Below the pieces are notes generated by a model, which saw only the letters and a program-made list of their open reading frames with translations, was not told where the DNA came from and made no database searches. A DNA stretch of 64,000 nt from Alphaproteobacteria bacterium (lineage in GTDB: Bacteria; Pseudomonadota; Alphaproteobacteria; JAAXGF01): positions 2,080,001 to 2,144,000 of the forward strand of contig CAUVXB020000002.1 of assembly GCA_963555825.3 (NCBI GenBank). Direction: 5' to 3'. The position numbers and the translations under genes were made by a program. Positions 19,793-29,575 of this stretch are shown here, one piece after another (position 1 is the stretch's first letter; the number at the start of each line of letters is the position of its first letter).

Positions 19793-20911
19793 CTAATTCT
19801 CAAGGGTTTGGAGCACGAGGTTCTTGAAGTGGGAGAGCGCGTGCTCGCTCCACGCGCCGCGCTCGGGGTCGAGCATGATGTAGCTTCGCTCGAAGCTTCG
19901 AGACCGCTGGCCGCGCTGAATGCCTTCCGCGACCCCTACATCCTCGGCATTGACGACTTCGGCGGCAAAATTGATCTGTCGCCACTGCTCGTCGGTCGGC
20001 TCGGTATAGGGCAGATAGAAGTCGTACGTCTCGCGGCTGCGCTCGGGGCCGTCCGGCATGATGTGCAGCACCCTGAAGCCGCCGCCCGGCATCGACATCG
20101 GGCACAGGTTCGGCCACAGCCACCAGTTGCGATGCTGCGGGTAGCTTGCGCGGTCGATTTCGAAGCCGCCCGCCAAGCCAGGCCGGGCGTCGCTCGAGTG
20201 GCTCAGGTACTTGCCATGGGCAACGACCCGGTAGCTTTCATCGAGGTTGCTCGCCAGCACGGGGTGAATGACCGGCGTGTGATAATTCTCGTTGTAGTTG
20301 TCGACCAGATTCTTCCAGTTGGATTCGATGACAAACGCCTTGCGGTGAACCAATGTCAGTTCGTCAATCGCCGGCTCGTAGTCGCACATTTCTTGTTCCA
20401 GCCCGGGCATTTGTTCCGAAAGCGCGGCGGCATCGGGATCGAGATTTACGAAGACGAAACCGCAGAAAATCTCGACGCGTACCGGGTTCAGGCAGAACTT
20501 CCCGCTGTCGAATCCCGGCACGTCCGTACTCTTGCGCGCGAACCGCAATGTCCCGTCGGTGTTGTACGTCCACGCATGGTAAGGACAGGTGATGACATCG
20601 ACATGACCACTGCCTTCCAGCAGCCAATGGCCGCGGTGACGGCAGACGTTGTAGAAGGCCTTAAGCCGGCCGTCCTGGTCGCGAATGATGATGATGCTCT
20701 CATCGCCGACCGTGCAGGTTACGAAAGCGCCGGGTTTGCGAAACTGCGAGCGATGGCCAGCGAAATTCCAACACCGATAGAAGATGCGTTCATGCTCGCG
20801 CGCCAGGATTTCAGGGTCCGTGTAGTAGTGTGCGGGAAGCGAGTAACTGTCGTCACGTAGCCGGGCGTCGCCGTCATCGGACATGCTTCGAATTTTCGAG
20901 GTGTCTTTCAT
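19793..20911 (-). CDS. Rieske non-heme iron oxygenase alpha subunit (choline/carnitine monooxygenase-like)
   Basis: NVCRHRG..CPYHAW Rieske motif; NWK..DNYNENYH..IH and ED iron site. Confidence 0.9.
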   Translation of the reverse strand: MKDTSKIRSMSDDGDARLRDDSYSLPAHYYTDPEILAREHERIFYRCWNFAGHRSQFRKPGAFVTCTVGDESIIIIRDQDGRLKAFYNVCRHRGHWLLEGSGHVDVITCPYHAWTYNTDGTLRFARKSTDVPGFDSGKFCLNPVRVEIFCGFVFVNLDPDAAALSEQMPGLEQEMCDYEPAIDELTLVHRKAFVIESNWKNLVDNYNENYHTPVIHPVLASNLDESYRVVAHGKYLSHSSDARPGLAGGFEIDRASYPQHRNWWLWPNLCPMSMPGGGFRVLHIMPDGPERSRETYDFYLPYTEPTDEQWRQINFAAEVVNAEDVGVAEGIQRGQRSRSFERSYIMLDPERGAWSEHALSHFKNLVLQTLEN

Positions 20912-21168
20912 TGGCGATGCTCCCCGGTTAACACCCTTGCCAAGGGCGCCTAACTGTTGAGGGGCCGAGCATCTTTGTGCGCCGAAGCCGTCGGAATGTC
21001 GAGTCTTGGCCACCGGGCGACCCCCAAGGCGTCGAAGGTCCGGTCGTGACTTCAAGCGGACCTTGGCTGACGCGCGAAATTCTTCCAGTCACTCGGCGAT
21101 TTCGGGGCGGCTTCTTGGTGTGGAAACCCAAACCACACCGATCAACGCATCGAAGGGCTGCGAACCGT

Positions 21169-22032
21169 TTACTCTCGAAGCGTTGAACCGGCACCGCAAA
21201 TTCGGGTTTGCCGCATGCGTCGGCGATAGCGGTCCGCGTCGAAGGACCGGCCCCGGTGCAGCAGACAGCGATTGTCCCAAATCACCAGATCGCCGCGCCG
21301 CCATCGGTGCGAATAAATGTTCTCCGGGCCGGTCGCGCCGGCCAGCAAGTCATCCAGCAGGGCTCGGCTGTCGCCATCGTTCCAGCCGACGACGGCCTTG
21401 GCGTGGGATCCGACAAAGTAGTTCCGCGCCCCCGTGGCCGGGTTGGTCCTGACCAGTTTTTGTTCGACCGGCGGCAGGGAGTCCGCGTGGGATTGTTTGA
21501 CCGTCGCCACCTGGCTGCGGGAATAGACGTAGTCATGGATCACGATCAGCGGGTCGATTTCGTGGCGCCGGGCCACAGGCAGACGATCATAGGCCGCGCG
21601 TGAGCTGACGAATTCGGTCTCACCGTCTTGGTCCGGCACTTCGTGGGCGTGGGTTATGGTCACGTATGTGGGCACTTCGCGGAACGACGAATCCGAGTGC
21701 CACATGTTGTTGCCGGTGAAATATTTGGTCATTTCATGGTCGTTGCCGCGCTGGCTCCCGTCGTCCTCGATATTGCCGATGGTGCTTAAGTATTGCACCA
21801 CGCCGTCCCGGCCGAACCTGACATGCTCGACTTCCGGCTCGCCGAGCTGCCTGGTGAAGCCAAGCTGGCTGTCGTCATTCAGCGCCTGATCGGGGAAACA
21901 CAGAAACGAATAGTCATCGATTGCCCGGCGCACCGCGCTCAAGGCGCGATCGTCGAGCGGCGCCGCGAGATCAATGCCCGTAATCCGCGCGCCGAAATCA
22001 GGGTGTAATTTTTCAATCCCCAATTCACTCAC
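21169..22032 (-). CDS. TauD/TfdA family 2-oxoglutarate-dependent dioxygenase
   Basis: WHSDSS, GETEF, WDNRCLLHR motifs. Confidence 0.92.
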   Translation of the reverse strand: MSELGIEKLHPDFGARITGIDLAAPLDDRALSAVRRAIDDYSFLCFPDQALNDDSQLGFTRQLGEPEVEHVRFGRDGVVQYLSTIGNIEDDGSQRGNDHEMTKYFTGNNMWHSDSSFREVPTYVTITHAHEVPDQDGETEFVSSRAAYDRLPVARRHEIDPLIVIHDYVYSRSQVATVKQSHADSLPPVEQKLVRTNPATGARNYFVGSHAKAVVGWNDGDSRALLDDLLAGATGPENIYSHRWRRGDLVIWDNRCLLHRGRSFDADRYRRRMRQTRICGAGSTLRE

Positions 22033-22130
22033 TATGGCTCTCCAATGCGGTTTTTTCGAATTCTACACCACCGCTCGACACTGTAGGCAAGGGTTCGTCA
22101 CGGCGGCAGCGGCTAATCTGCGGTGGCCGT

Positions 22131-23315
22131 TCAGTCGGCCGCGGCGAGGCGGGTGGCGGCGACGCCGCGCGGTAGCAGGAGATAGAGCCGGCCGCGGTGC
22201 TTCATGCGCCCGGCGATCGCCTCGGCGTCGGCGCCGAAACCCCAGAAGACGTCGCCGCGCAGCGGGCCCTTGATCGCGCCGCCGGTGTCCTGGGCGACGA
22301 GCAGGCGGCGCAGCGGCCGGTCGGGCCGGGCCGGGTCGGCGTCGGGCACGGTGATGTCGAGCCAGACCGGCGCGCCGAGCGGCAGGAATTTGCGGTCGAC
22401 CGCGAGGCTGCGCTCAGGCGTCAGCGCAACGCCCTGGGCGCCGATCGGCCCGTCGCCTCCGAGTTCGCGGAAGAACACGAAGGAGGGGTTCTGGTCCAAG
22501 AGTTCCTGCGCCTCGCCGGGATGCGTCGCGAGCCAGGCGCGGATGGTCTGCAGCGAGACCGCCTCGCGCGTCAGCTCGCCGCGCACGATCAGCACGCGGC
22601 CGATGCTGACGTAGTCGCGCCCATTGGCCGCGGCGTAGCCGACGCGCAGCGTACCGCCGCCGTCGAGCGCGATGCGCCCGGAGCCCTGGACGTGCAGGAA
22701 GAAGGCGTCGACCGGGTCGTCGACCCAGGCGATCGGCCGCGCCCGGCCGTCGAGCGCGCCGGCGTCGATCGCGGCGCGCGCCTCGTAGAGCCTGAGCTTG
22801 CCGTCCACCACCCGCCCCGCGATACGCTTGCCCTTGAGCGCGTCGTCGAAGGCGCCCAGATCAACGGTGACGAGATCGTCGGGCCGGCCGTAGAGCGGCG
22901 TCGTGTAGCGCGCGCTTTCGGCCAGCGCGCCATGGAGCAGGGGCTCGTAGTAACCGGTGAACAGGCCCGCGTCACGCCCCCGGTCGGTCGCCTTGAAGGG
23001 CGCGAACCAGGCCTCGAAGAAGGCGCGGGGCGCGCTGTGGGCGCCCGCCGCCACCGCGCAGAGTTCGCGCCAGTCGGCGACGGTGCCGGCGAGGCCGTCG
23101 GGCCCGACGGCCCGGTCGTCGGGCAGCGCGGCGAAGCGCGCGCAAGAGTGTTCGAGCGCGGTCAGCGCGGCGCCATGGTCGTCATCGCGCCAGCCCGCGA
23201 GGTCGCCGTAGCCGACCGGCGACAGCGCCAGCGACGGTTCCTCGGACGGCGGTTCGGCGCAGGCGGAGAACAGGAGAAGGGCGCCGCCCAGCGCGGCGCG
23301 CCACGCGGTCGGCAT
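22131..23315 (-). CDS. mltA: Membrane-bound lytic murein transglycosylase A
   Basis: Lipobox FSAC, FTGYYEP, VQGSG, AQDTGGAIKG..D.FWG. Confidence 0.95.
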   Translation of the reverse strand: MPTAWRAALGGALLLFSACAEPPSEEPSLALSPVGYGDLAGWRDDDHGAALTALEHSCARFAALPDDRAVGPDGLAGTVADWRELCAVAAGAHSAPRAFFEAWFAPFKATDRGRDAGLFTGYYEPLLHGALAESARYTTPLYGRPDDLVTVDLGAFDDALKGKRIAGRVVDGKLRLYEARAAIDAGALDGRARPIAWVDDPVDAFFLHVQGSGRIALDGGGTLRVGYAAANGRDYVSIGRVLIVRGELTREAVSLQTIRAWLATHPGEAQELLDQNPSFVFFRELGGDGPIGAQGVALTPERSLAVDRKFLPLGAPVWLDITVPDADPARPDRPLRRLLVAQDTGGAIKGPLRGDVFWGFGADAEAIAGRMKHRGRLYLLLPRGVAATRLAAAD

Positions 23316-23998
23316 CAGTGCGGGCTGCGCGTCGCGACCAGCGTCCAGTTGGGATCGCGCGCGCGGGTGTGGCGCTCGAAGGTCCAGATGTCGACCACCT
23401 CGATCGCTTCGTGCGGGTCGCCGTCGACGATCTTGCCTTCGGCGTCGCGCGTGATGTTGATCTGGTGCGTGACGAAGCGCACCGTAACGCTGGCCGCGCG
23501 CCGCTCCACACCGGCCTCGATGATCTCGCTCGCGTCGATCGAGACGAGCACGGTTTCAAGCGTATGCTCCTCGGCCTCGCGTTCGCGCGCAGCCCGCTCG
23601 AGCGGGTCGTATACGTCGCCGGCAAGCAGCGGTCGCAGGGTCTCGGTATCGCCGGCGGCATAGGCGCTGATGATCATCTCGAATGCGGCGCGCGCACCCT
23701 CGAGGAAGCTCGTGCGCGTAAACGACGGATCGGCCAGCTTGATCTCGGTCAGGCCGGCCTGAAGCCGGCTGTCGTCGACGTCGGAAAAGTCATCCCCGGC
23801 GTCGGCCTGTTCGAGTCCGGCGTCGGGCAGACGAATGACGGTCTCGCCGTTGTCCTCCGCCGCGCGCCGCGCCAACTGGTCGGGCGGCCGGCGCTCGTGC
23901 CCGGTGCGCTGCCCGAGCTTGTTGCGCAGCCGCAGTAAGATGAATGCGGCGATCGCGGCGAAAATAATGATGTCGAAAAAAGGAAAACCTTCGTTCAT
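23315..23998 (-). CDS. Tim44/TimA family adaptor protein
   Basis: N-terminal TM plus LGQRTG, FLEGA..A..MI, DIWTFER..DPNW. Confidence 0.92.
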   Translation of the reverse strand: MNEGFPFFDIIIFAAIAAFILLRLRNKLGQRTGHERRPPDQLARRAAEDNGETVIRLPDAGLEQADAGDDFSDVDDSRLQAGLTEIKLADPSFTRTSFLEGARAAFEMIISAYAAGDTETLRPLLAGDVYDPLERAAREREAEEHTLETVLVSIDASEIIEAGVERRAASVTVRFVTHQINITRDAEGKIVDGDPHEAIEVVDIWTFERHTRARDPNWTLVATRSPH

Positions 23999-24175
23999 CT
24001 ATCGTTGTCCAGCCGTCGGGCGTGCGCTATCGAACGGGTCGGCCTCTATCACGGCGTGCGGATGATTGAACACTGCCTTAGAGTAGAGGTTGATCGGTCT
24101 CTGGTCGAGTCTCCGAATCGACGGCGGAGACGATTACGAAACTGTACATAGTTCGGGGGTAGGCATACCGCAAGC

Positions 24176-24700
24176 ATGGTCTTGGTGATTCTTCTCGCGC
24201 TCATCGCGACGCCCTTGGTCGAAATCGCTGTGTTTATCGAGGTCGGCGAGCGCATCGGCCTGTGGTCGACGCTGGGTCTGGTCGTCCTGACGGCGGTGAT
24301 CGGCACGGCATTGCTGCGCCAGCAGGGCCTGGCGACACTGGCCAGCGCGCGCACCACGGTCGAGCGCGGCGGCATGCCCGTGCAGGAGGTGCTCGACGGC
24401 GTTTGCCTGCTGATCGCCGGCGCGTTCTTGCTGACGCCCGGCTTCATCACCGACGGCTTCGGCGCGGCACTCTTGTTGCCGCCGCTGCGCCGCGTCATAC
24501 AGCGCTGGGCGATGAAGCGGCTGATGGCGCGCGGGACGATCGACGTCACGATGCACGGTAGCCACCGGCGGCGCGGCGGCGAGGACGGTGTCATCGACGG
24601 CGAATTCGTCGAAATCGACGAAGACGACGATGGCGACGATGGCGACGCGCGCGACAGGCTGCCGCCACCGCGCGGCGGCTGGGACAACGACCGCCGTTAA
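24176..24700 (+). CDS. fxsA: FxsA family membrane protein
   Basis: PLVEIAVFI.VG, LLTPGFITD..G, VIDGEF. Confidence 0.92.
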   Translation: MVLVILLALIATPLVEIAVFIEVGERIGLWSTLGLVVLTAVIGTALLRQQGLATLASARTTVERGGMPVQEVLDGVCLLIAGAFLLTPGFITDGFGAALLLPPLRRVIQRWAMKRLMARGTIDVTMHGSHRRRGGEDGVIDGEFVEIDEDDDGDDGDARDRLPPPRGGWDNDRR

Positions 24701-24774
24701 TCGCGGCGGGGGCTTGTACCGCCCAGCGGTCCGTGATAGCCACTACCGCACCACGTGACGAGGAGTACCGAGCC

Positions 24775-25284
24775 ATGGCCGACGATGCGCCGGGCGCCGA
24801 TCAGACCGCAGCGGGCGCCGGCGCCGCCGGGACCGATCAGACGCCGCAGCTTTCGCTGCGCACGCAGTACACCAAGGATCTCTCGTTCGAGAATCCGCGC
24901 GCGCCGCACAGTATCTCGCCCAGCCAGGAAGCGCCCAACGGCGACGTCCAGATCAAGGTCTCGAGCCAGGATCTCGGCGACGACCTGCACGAGGTCATGC
25001 TCGAGTTCCAGATCACGGCGTCGCGCGGGGATGACGTCGTGTTCATCGTCGAGCTGGCCTACGGCGGCGTCTTCACGGTGCGCGGCTTCGACGCCCAGAC
25101 GCAGCCGCTGGCGCTCTGGGTCGAATGTCCACGGCTGTTGTTCCCGTTCGCCCGTCGGGTCATCGCCGACGTCGTGCGCGACGGCGGCTTCGCGCCACTC
25201 ATGCTCGGGCCGATCGACTTTCACCGCATGTACCAGCAGCGTCTCGCCGAGGCCGCGGCGGCAACCGAAGCCGCGCAAGCCTGA
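24775..25284 (+). CDS. secB: Protein-export chaperone SecB
   Basis: QYTKDLSFENP, LLFPFAR, PIDF; GAGGAG upstream. Confidence 0.95.
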   Translation: MADDAPGADQTAAGAGAAGTDQTPQLSLRTQYTKDLSFENPRAPHSISPSQEAPNGDVQIKVSSQDLGDDLHEVMLEFQITASRGDDVVFIVELAYGGVFTVRGFDAQTQPLALWVECPRLLFPFARRVIADVVRDGGFAPLMLGPIDFHRMYQQRLAEAAAATEAAQA

Positions 25285-25299
25285 ACTGGTTAGCTTATT

Positions 25300-25460
25300 T
25301 GTTCGGTCACCTTTGGTGACCTGCGCTCAATCGCCGCGCAAGCCAATCTTATGGGGTCAAGGGTGGCCGAACGGTCGGCGGCCCCCCTCTTGTCCCAATT
25401 AGATTGGCGCAGGCTGGTGGGAGCTAACCAATTCCGATCGATCGAATTATGCGCTAACGG
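25300..25460 (+). repeat. Dispersed intergenic repeat, copy A
   Basis: Blocks GACCTGCGCTCAATCGCCGCGCA (25318) and TGGCCGAACGGTCGGCGGCC (25364) shared with copies at 33.7 and 46.3 kb. Confidence 0.85.
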
Positions 25461-25462
25461 CC

Positions 25463-26140
25463 TCACGACCGCCAAATCGGTTTCTCGACGCTGTCGATGA
25501 ATGTCTCGTGGGCGGCGCGTTCGGCGTCGCTCGGCGCGTGCGGCCGGGGCGCGCGGGGCGCCATTGCCGTCGAGCCCGCGGCGGCCGTAACGGCCTCGGT
25601 CACCGTCTCGGCGAGCACCAGGCCGGGCTGGCGGCCACCCTTGAGCGCCAGGTAGACCTCGGACAGCAGCTGCGCGTCGAGCAGCGCACCGTGGCGCTTG
25701 CGCGCCGCCGCGTCGACGCCGAAGCGTCGGCACAGCGCATCGAGGTTGGTGGGCGCGCCCGGATGCTTGCGGCGCGCCATGCGCACCGTATCGACGGCGC
25801 GCTCGGACGGCACCGCCGCGCGCTTGCAGCGCGCCAGCTCGGCGTTGATGAAACCGAGGTCGAAGGCGGCGTTGTGGATCACCAGGGCCGCGTCGCCGAT
25901 GAATTCGAGAAACCCGCCGGCGATGTCGGCGAAGACCGGATGCTCGGCGAGGAACGCGCTCGACAGCCCGTGGATCTCGAAGGCCTCGGGCGGCATCTCG
26001 CGTTCCGGATTGACGTAGACTTGGAACTCACGGCCCGTCGGCACGTGGTTTTCGAGCTCGATGCAGCCGATCTCGACGATACGGTGGCCGGCGGTCGGAT
26101 CGAGGCCGGTGGTTTCGGTATCGAGGACGACCTCGCGCAA
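25463..26140 (-). CDS. dnaQ: DNA polymerase III epsilon subunit
   Basis: [21 protein letters not shown]. Confidence 0.96.
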   Translation of the reverse strand: MREVVLDTETTGLDPTAGHRIVEIGCIELENHVPTGREFQVYVNPEREMPPEAFEIHGLSSAFLAEHPVFADIAGGFLEFIGDAALVIHNAAFDLGFINAELARCKRAAVPSERAVDTVRMARRKHPGAPTNLDALCRRFGVDAAARKRHGALLDAQLLSEVYLALKGGRQPGLVLAETVTEAVTAAAGSTAMAPRAPRPHAPSDAERAAHETFIDSVEKPIWRS

Positions 26141-26143
26141 ATG

Positions 26144-26776
26144 CTAACTCCCTTCGATCGGCTTGGTTCCACCGGGACGTCTATCGAGCATTGTCACGAT
26201 CCGGCGCACGCGGCGCAAGGTGAATGCGCGCCCCAAGCCGGTCGGTACCTCGAATTCGGCGCGCCGGCGCTTCTCGTGATCGGGCATTTGCTGGGCGCGG
26301 ATCGCGGCGAGGCGGTCGAGCGTCATGCCCGGCCGGCCGAGCACGCGCCGCGCCTGCACGAAGCGCGGCGCCCAGACCACGGCCACGGCGTCGCAGCGCC
26401 GTTCACCGCCGGTCTCGAACAGGAGCGGGATATCGAGCACGACCAGCCGCGCGCGGCGCCGGGTGGCGCGCCGTAGAAAGCGGGTCCGGGCCGCGCCGAC
26501 CAGCGGATGCAGGATCGCCTCGAGACGGCGCGTCGCGGCGCTGTCGCCGAACACCCGCTCGCCGAGTGCCGCGCGGTCGACTTCCGCACCGCCGGGCGCG
26601 GCGCGTGTCGCGCCGGGGAAGGCGGCCTCGACCGCAGCGACCGCCCGACCGCCCGGGCCAATCAGCCGGTGAATCTCGGCGTCGGCATCGAACACCAGCG
26701 CGCCGGCGCGTGCGAACATGCCGGCGGCGACCGATTTGCCCATGCCGATCGAACCGGTCAGGCCGAGGATCACCAT
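26144..26776 (-). CDS. coaE: Dephospho-CoA kinase
   Basis: GLTGSIGMGKS, LEAILHP, DIPLLFE. Confidence 0.95.
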   Translation of the reverse strand: MVILGLTGSIGMGKSVAAGMFARAGALVFDADAEIHRLIGPGGRAVAAVEAAFPGATRAAPGGAEVDRAALGERVFGDSAATRRLEAILHPLVGAARTRFLRRATRRRARLVVLDIPLLFETGGERRCDAVAVVWAPRFVQARRVLGRPGMTLDRLAAIRAQQMPDHEKRRRAEFEVPTGLGRAFTLRRVRRIVTMLDRRPGGTKPIEGS

Positions 26777-26783
26777 CGCCGGA

Positions 26784-27650
26784 TCACCCGCCGGTCTCGT
26801 CGAGCGCGCCAGTCTCGTCGAGCACGAAGGCACGCAGCGCGTCGGTCACCTCGGGGTCGACGCCGAACCAGGCGGCGAAACCGGGACGCGCCTGGTGCAG
26901 CAGCATGCCGAGGCCGTCGACCGCCAAATGCCCGGCGCGGCGCGCCGCGGCCAGCAGCGGTGTTTCGAGCGGCACGTAGACGATGTCGTTGACCACGGCG
27001 CCGGCGCCGAGGACGCCGAGATCAAGCTCGAGCGGCGGCGCGCCCGTCATGCCGAGCGTGGTAGCGTTGACCAGCAGCGTGGCGCCGTCCAGCGCGCCAT
27101 GCCGATCGGCCCAGTCGACCGCCGCGAGCGGCCCGTTCAGCTCGGCGGCGAGCGTCTCGGCGCGGGCGCGCGTGCGATTGACGACACGGATCTCAGGTAC
27201 GCCGGCGTCGATTAGGGCGACGGCGATGGCGCGCGCGGCGCCGCCTGCGCCGATCAACATCACGGGCCCCGCGCCGGCCGACCAGGCGGGTGCGCCGGCG
27301 CGCAGGTTCTCGATGAAGCCGAAGGCGTCAGTGTTGTCGCCGGCGAGCGTTTCGTCGGCGCCGACCGTCACCGTGTTGACGGCGCCGATGCGCCGCGCGG
27401 TTTCACTCAGCGTGTCGAGACTGCCGAGCGCCGCCTCCTTGTGCGGCACCGTCAGATTGACGCCGGCGAAGCCCCGCTCGGGCAGCGCGCCGAGCGCGTC
27501 GGCGAGATCGTCAGGCGCGACCGCGAGTGGCAGATAAGCGCCGTCGATGCCGTGCAGTGCGAGCCAATAGCCGTGCAGCCGGGGCGAGCGCGAATGCGCC
27601 ACCGGCCAGCCCATTACGCCGGCGCGCTTGGCGTCACCGGTCACCGTCAT
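26784..27650 (-). CDS. aroE: Shikimate dehydrogenase
   Basis: HSRSP, NLTVPHKE, GAVNT, NTD, GAGGAAR. Confidence 0.95.
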   Translation of the reverse strand: MTVTGDAKRAGVMGWPVAHSRSPRLHGYWLALHGIDGAYLPLAVAPDDLADALGALPERGFAGVNLTVPHKEAALGSLDTLSETARRIGAVNTVTVGADETLAGDNTDAFGFIENLRAGAPAWSAGAGPVMLIGAGGAARAIAVALIDAGVPEIRVVNRTRARAETLAAELNGPLAAVDWADRHGALDGATLLVNATTLGMTGAPPLELDLGVLGAGAVVNDIVYVPLETPLLAAARRAGHLAVDGLGMLLHQARPGFAAWFGVDPEVTDALRAFVLDETGALDETGG

Positions 27651-28273
27651 GGCGCGATCACCCGATGGCCGCGCAGGAAGTCGAGCAGCGGCAGCAGCGG
27701 CAGGCCGAGGATGGCGAAATAGTCACCTTCGACGCGGCTGAACAACTGCACCCCGATGCCTTCGAGCTGATAGCCGCCGGCGCAGCCCAGGATGCCGTCG
27801 CCGCCGGCGTCGAGGTAGCGGTCGAGGAAGTCATCCGAGAAATCGCGCATCTTCAGCCGCCCGCGCTGTGTCGCATGCCAGATCCGGATGCCGTCGCGCG
27901 CGACGCAGGCCGCGGTGATCTGTTGGTGATCGCGGCCGCGCAGGGTGGCCAGATCGCGCCGCGCCGCCGCCCGATCGGCGGGTTTGTCGAACCAGGCGCC
28001 GCCACAGTCGAGGATCTGATCGGCGCCGATGACCAGAGCGCCGCGGCGGCGCGCCGATACGCGCAGCGCCTTGAGCTCGGCAAGCGCCTCGGCGGCGCGC
28101 CCGGCATCGGCGCCATCGGCGCGCAGCGCGCGCTTGACCTCGTCCTCGTCGATCGCCGCCGCCTCGATCGTGAAGTCGAGACCGGCCTGGCGCAACATCG
28201 CGGCGCGCGTCACGCTGCCCGAGGCGAGCACCACGGCGGGCGCGTCGTCCTGGGCGATGCTGGCTGGCGACAT
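27647..28273 (-). CDS. maf: Maf-like nucleotide pyrophosphatase
   Basis: VLASGS..R, IDE, GADQ, ILGLPL. Confidence 0.93.
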   Translation of the reverse strand: MSPASIAQDDAPAVVLASGSVTRAAMLRQAGLDFTIEAAAIDEDEVKRALRADGADAGRAAEALAELKALRVSARRRGALVIGADQILDCGGAWFDKPADRAAARRDLATLRGRDHQQITAACVARDGIRIWHATQRGRLKMRDFSDDFLDRYLDAGGDGILGCAGGYQLEGIGVQLFSRVEGDYFAILGLPLLPLLDFLRGHRVIAP

Positions 28274-28293
28274 GGCGGCGGCTCGCGCGGGCT

Positions 28294-29157
28294 TCAGCCG
28301 CGCGACGGGTTGTCGTTCGGACCGGTGCGCGTCGAATAGACGACCTCGCCGCCCAGGCGTTGTGTCAGCTGTTGGAGAATTTCGGCGGCCACCTCCTCGA
28401 TCGAGCGCCGTGTCACGTCAATCACCGGCCAGTCGTGCTTCGAGAACAGCCGGCGTGCGGCCAACACCTCGTTGCTGACCTGTTCAAGGTCGACGTAGTC
28501 GGTTTCCTCGCCCTGATTGAGCATGCGCAGCCGGTTGCGCCGCACCTCGACGAGCCGGTCGGTGTTGACGGTCAGGCCGATCACCAAGGGGGTGGTCAAC
28601 GTCTCGAGTTCCGGCGGCGACGGCGCGCCCAGCACCACCGGCACGTTGGCCGCCTTGATGCCGCGGTTGGCGAGGTAGAAGCAGGTCGGCGTCTTCGACG
28701 TGCGCGAGACGCCGACGAGCACGACATCGGCGCTGTTCAGGTCGTGCAGCATCTGCCCGTCGTCGTGGTTGAGCACGAAGTGGATGGCGTCGATACGCGA
28801 GAAGTATTCGGCGTCGAGGGCATGCTGGCCGCCCGGCTTGTTGCGCGCCTCGATGCCAAGATAGTTACTGAGCATGGCGACGACCGGCTCGAGCAGCGCG
28901 ACCGCCGGGACCTGGAGTTTACGGCAACCATCGGCGAGCCGCGCGCGCAGCGTCTCGTTGACCAGCGTGTAGAGCACTGCGCCGGTGTTGGCCTCGATAC
29001 CGGCCAGAACCTGATCGACCTGGCGCTCGTTACGAACCAGAGACCAGAAATGCTCGACCGCCTCGACGTCGGCGAACTGGGCAATCGCAGCGCGCGCCAA
29101 GCCGTTGACCGTCTCACCAGTAGCGTCCGAAATCAGATGTATGTGGAACCGTTTCAT
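28294..29157 (-). CDS. Pyruvate,water/phosphate dikinase regulatory kinase/pyrophosphorylase (DUF299)
   Basis: ISDATGET, HDDG, GVSRTSKTP, DVTRRSIEE. Confidence 0.94.
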   Translation of the reverse strand: MKRFHIHLISDATGETVNGLARAAIAQFADVEAVEHFWSLVRNERQVDQVLAGIEANTGAVLYTLVNETLRARLADGCRKLQVPAVALLEPVVAMLSNYLGIEARNKPGGQHALDAEYFSRIDAIHFVLNHDDGQMLHDLNSADVVLVGVSRTSKTPTCFYLANRGIKAANVPVVLGAPSPPELETLTTPLVIGLTVNTDRLVEVRRNRLRMLNQGEETDYVDLEQVSNEVLAARRLFSKHDWPVIDVTRRSIEEVAAEILQQLTQRLGGEVVYSTRTGPNDNPSRG

Positions 29158-29179
29158 GCTCTTCCTAACCGAGACAAAC

Positions 29180-29545
29180 TCATGAATTGCGGGGATAACC
29201 CGGGGTTTTCGCAGAACCCGTGAAATCGACTCCCGGAGGCATCGAATCGATCATCGCGCTTTTCCCCCGGCCGCAACGCCACCCATCGATAGGGGGATGA
29301 TGTGAACAACCCATCGAACGCGTCAATTCATCCCCGCTATACCACCAATTCAACATGTCCTGGCGACGGCCTGTCAGACCAATCACGACGCCCACGCCGA
29401 CAGTTGTCCGCAGCCACCGGTGTTCGATCGAACAACCATCGTCGATGCGGGATGGAACGCGGGATAAAACGTTATCCCCACGATTGGCCCCACCTACATA
29501 CTTCAACTACCTAGTAATACTATAAGTATAATAGTAATTGAAACG
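29180..29545. other. Putative chromosomal replication origin oriC
   Basis: Intergenic region upstream of hemE (known alphaproteobacterial origin position); degenerate DnaA boxes, a trio-like tract at 29493-29510 and an AT-rich tract at 29512-29543; gene orientation diverges here; parAB/parS nearby. Confidence 0.85.
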
Positions 29546-29575
29546 CTGCTTCCCGATGCCGTACAGCGAGTCCCC

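Noticed and set aside
19787-20860. 357-aa plus-strand ORF and similar antisense ORFs (13751-15310, 37049-38818, 50928-53108)
   Set aside because: Antisense shadows of motif-supported genes
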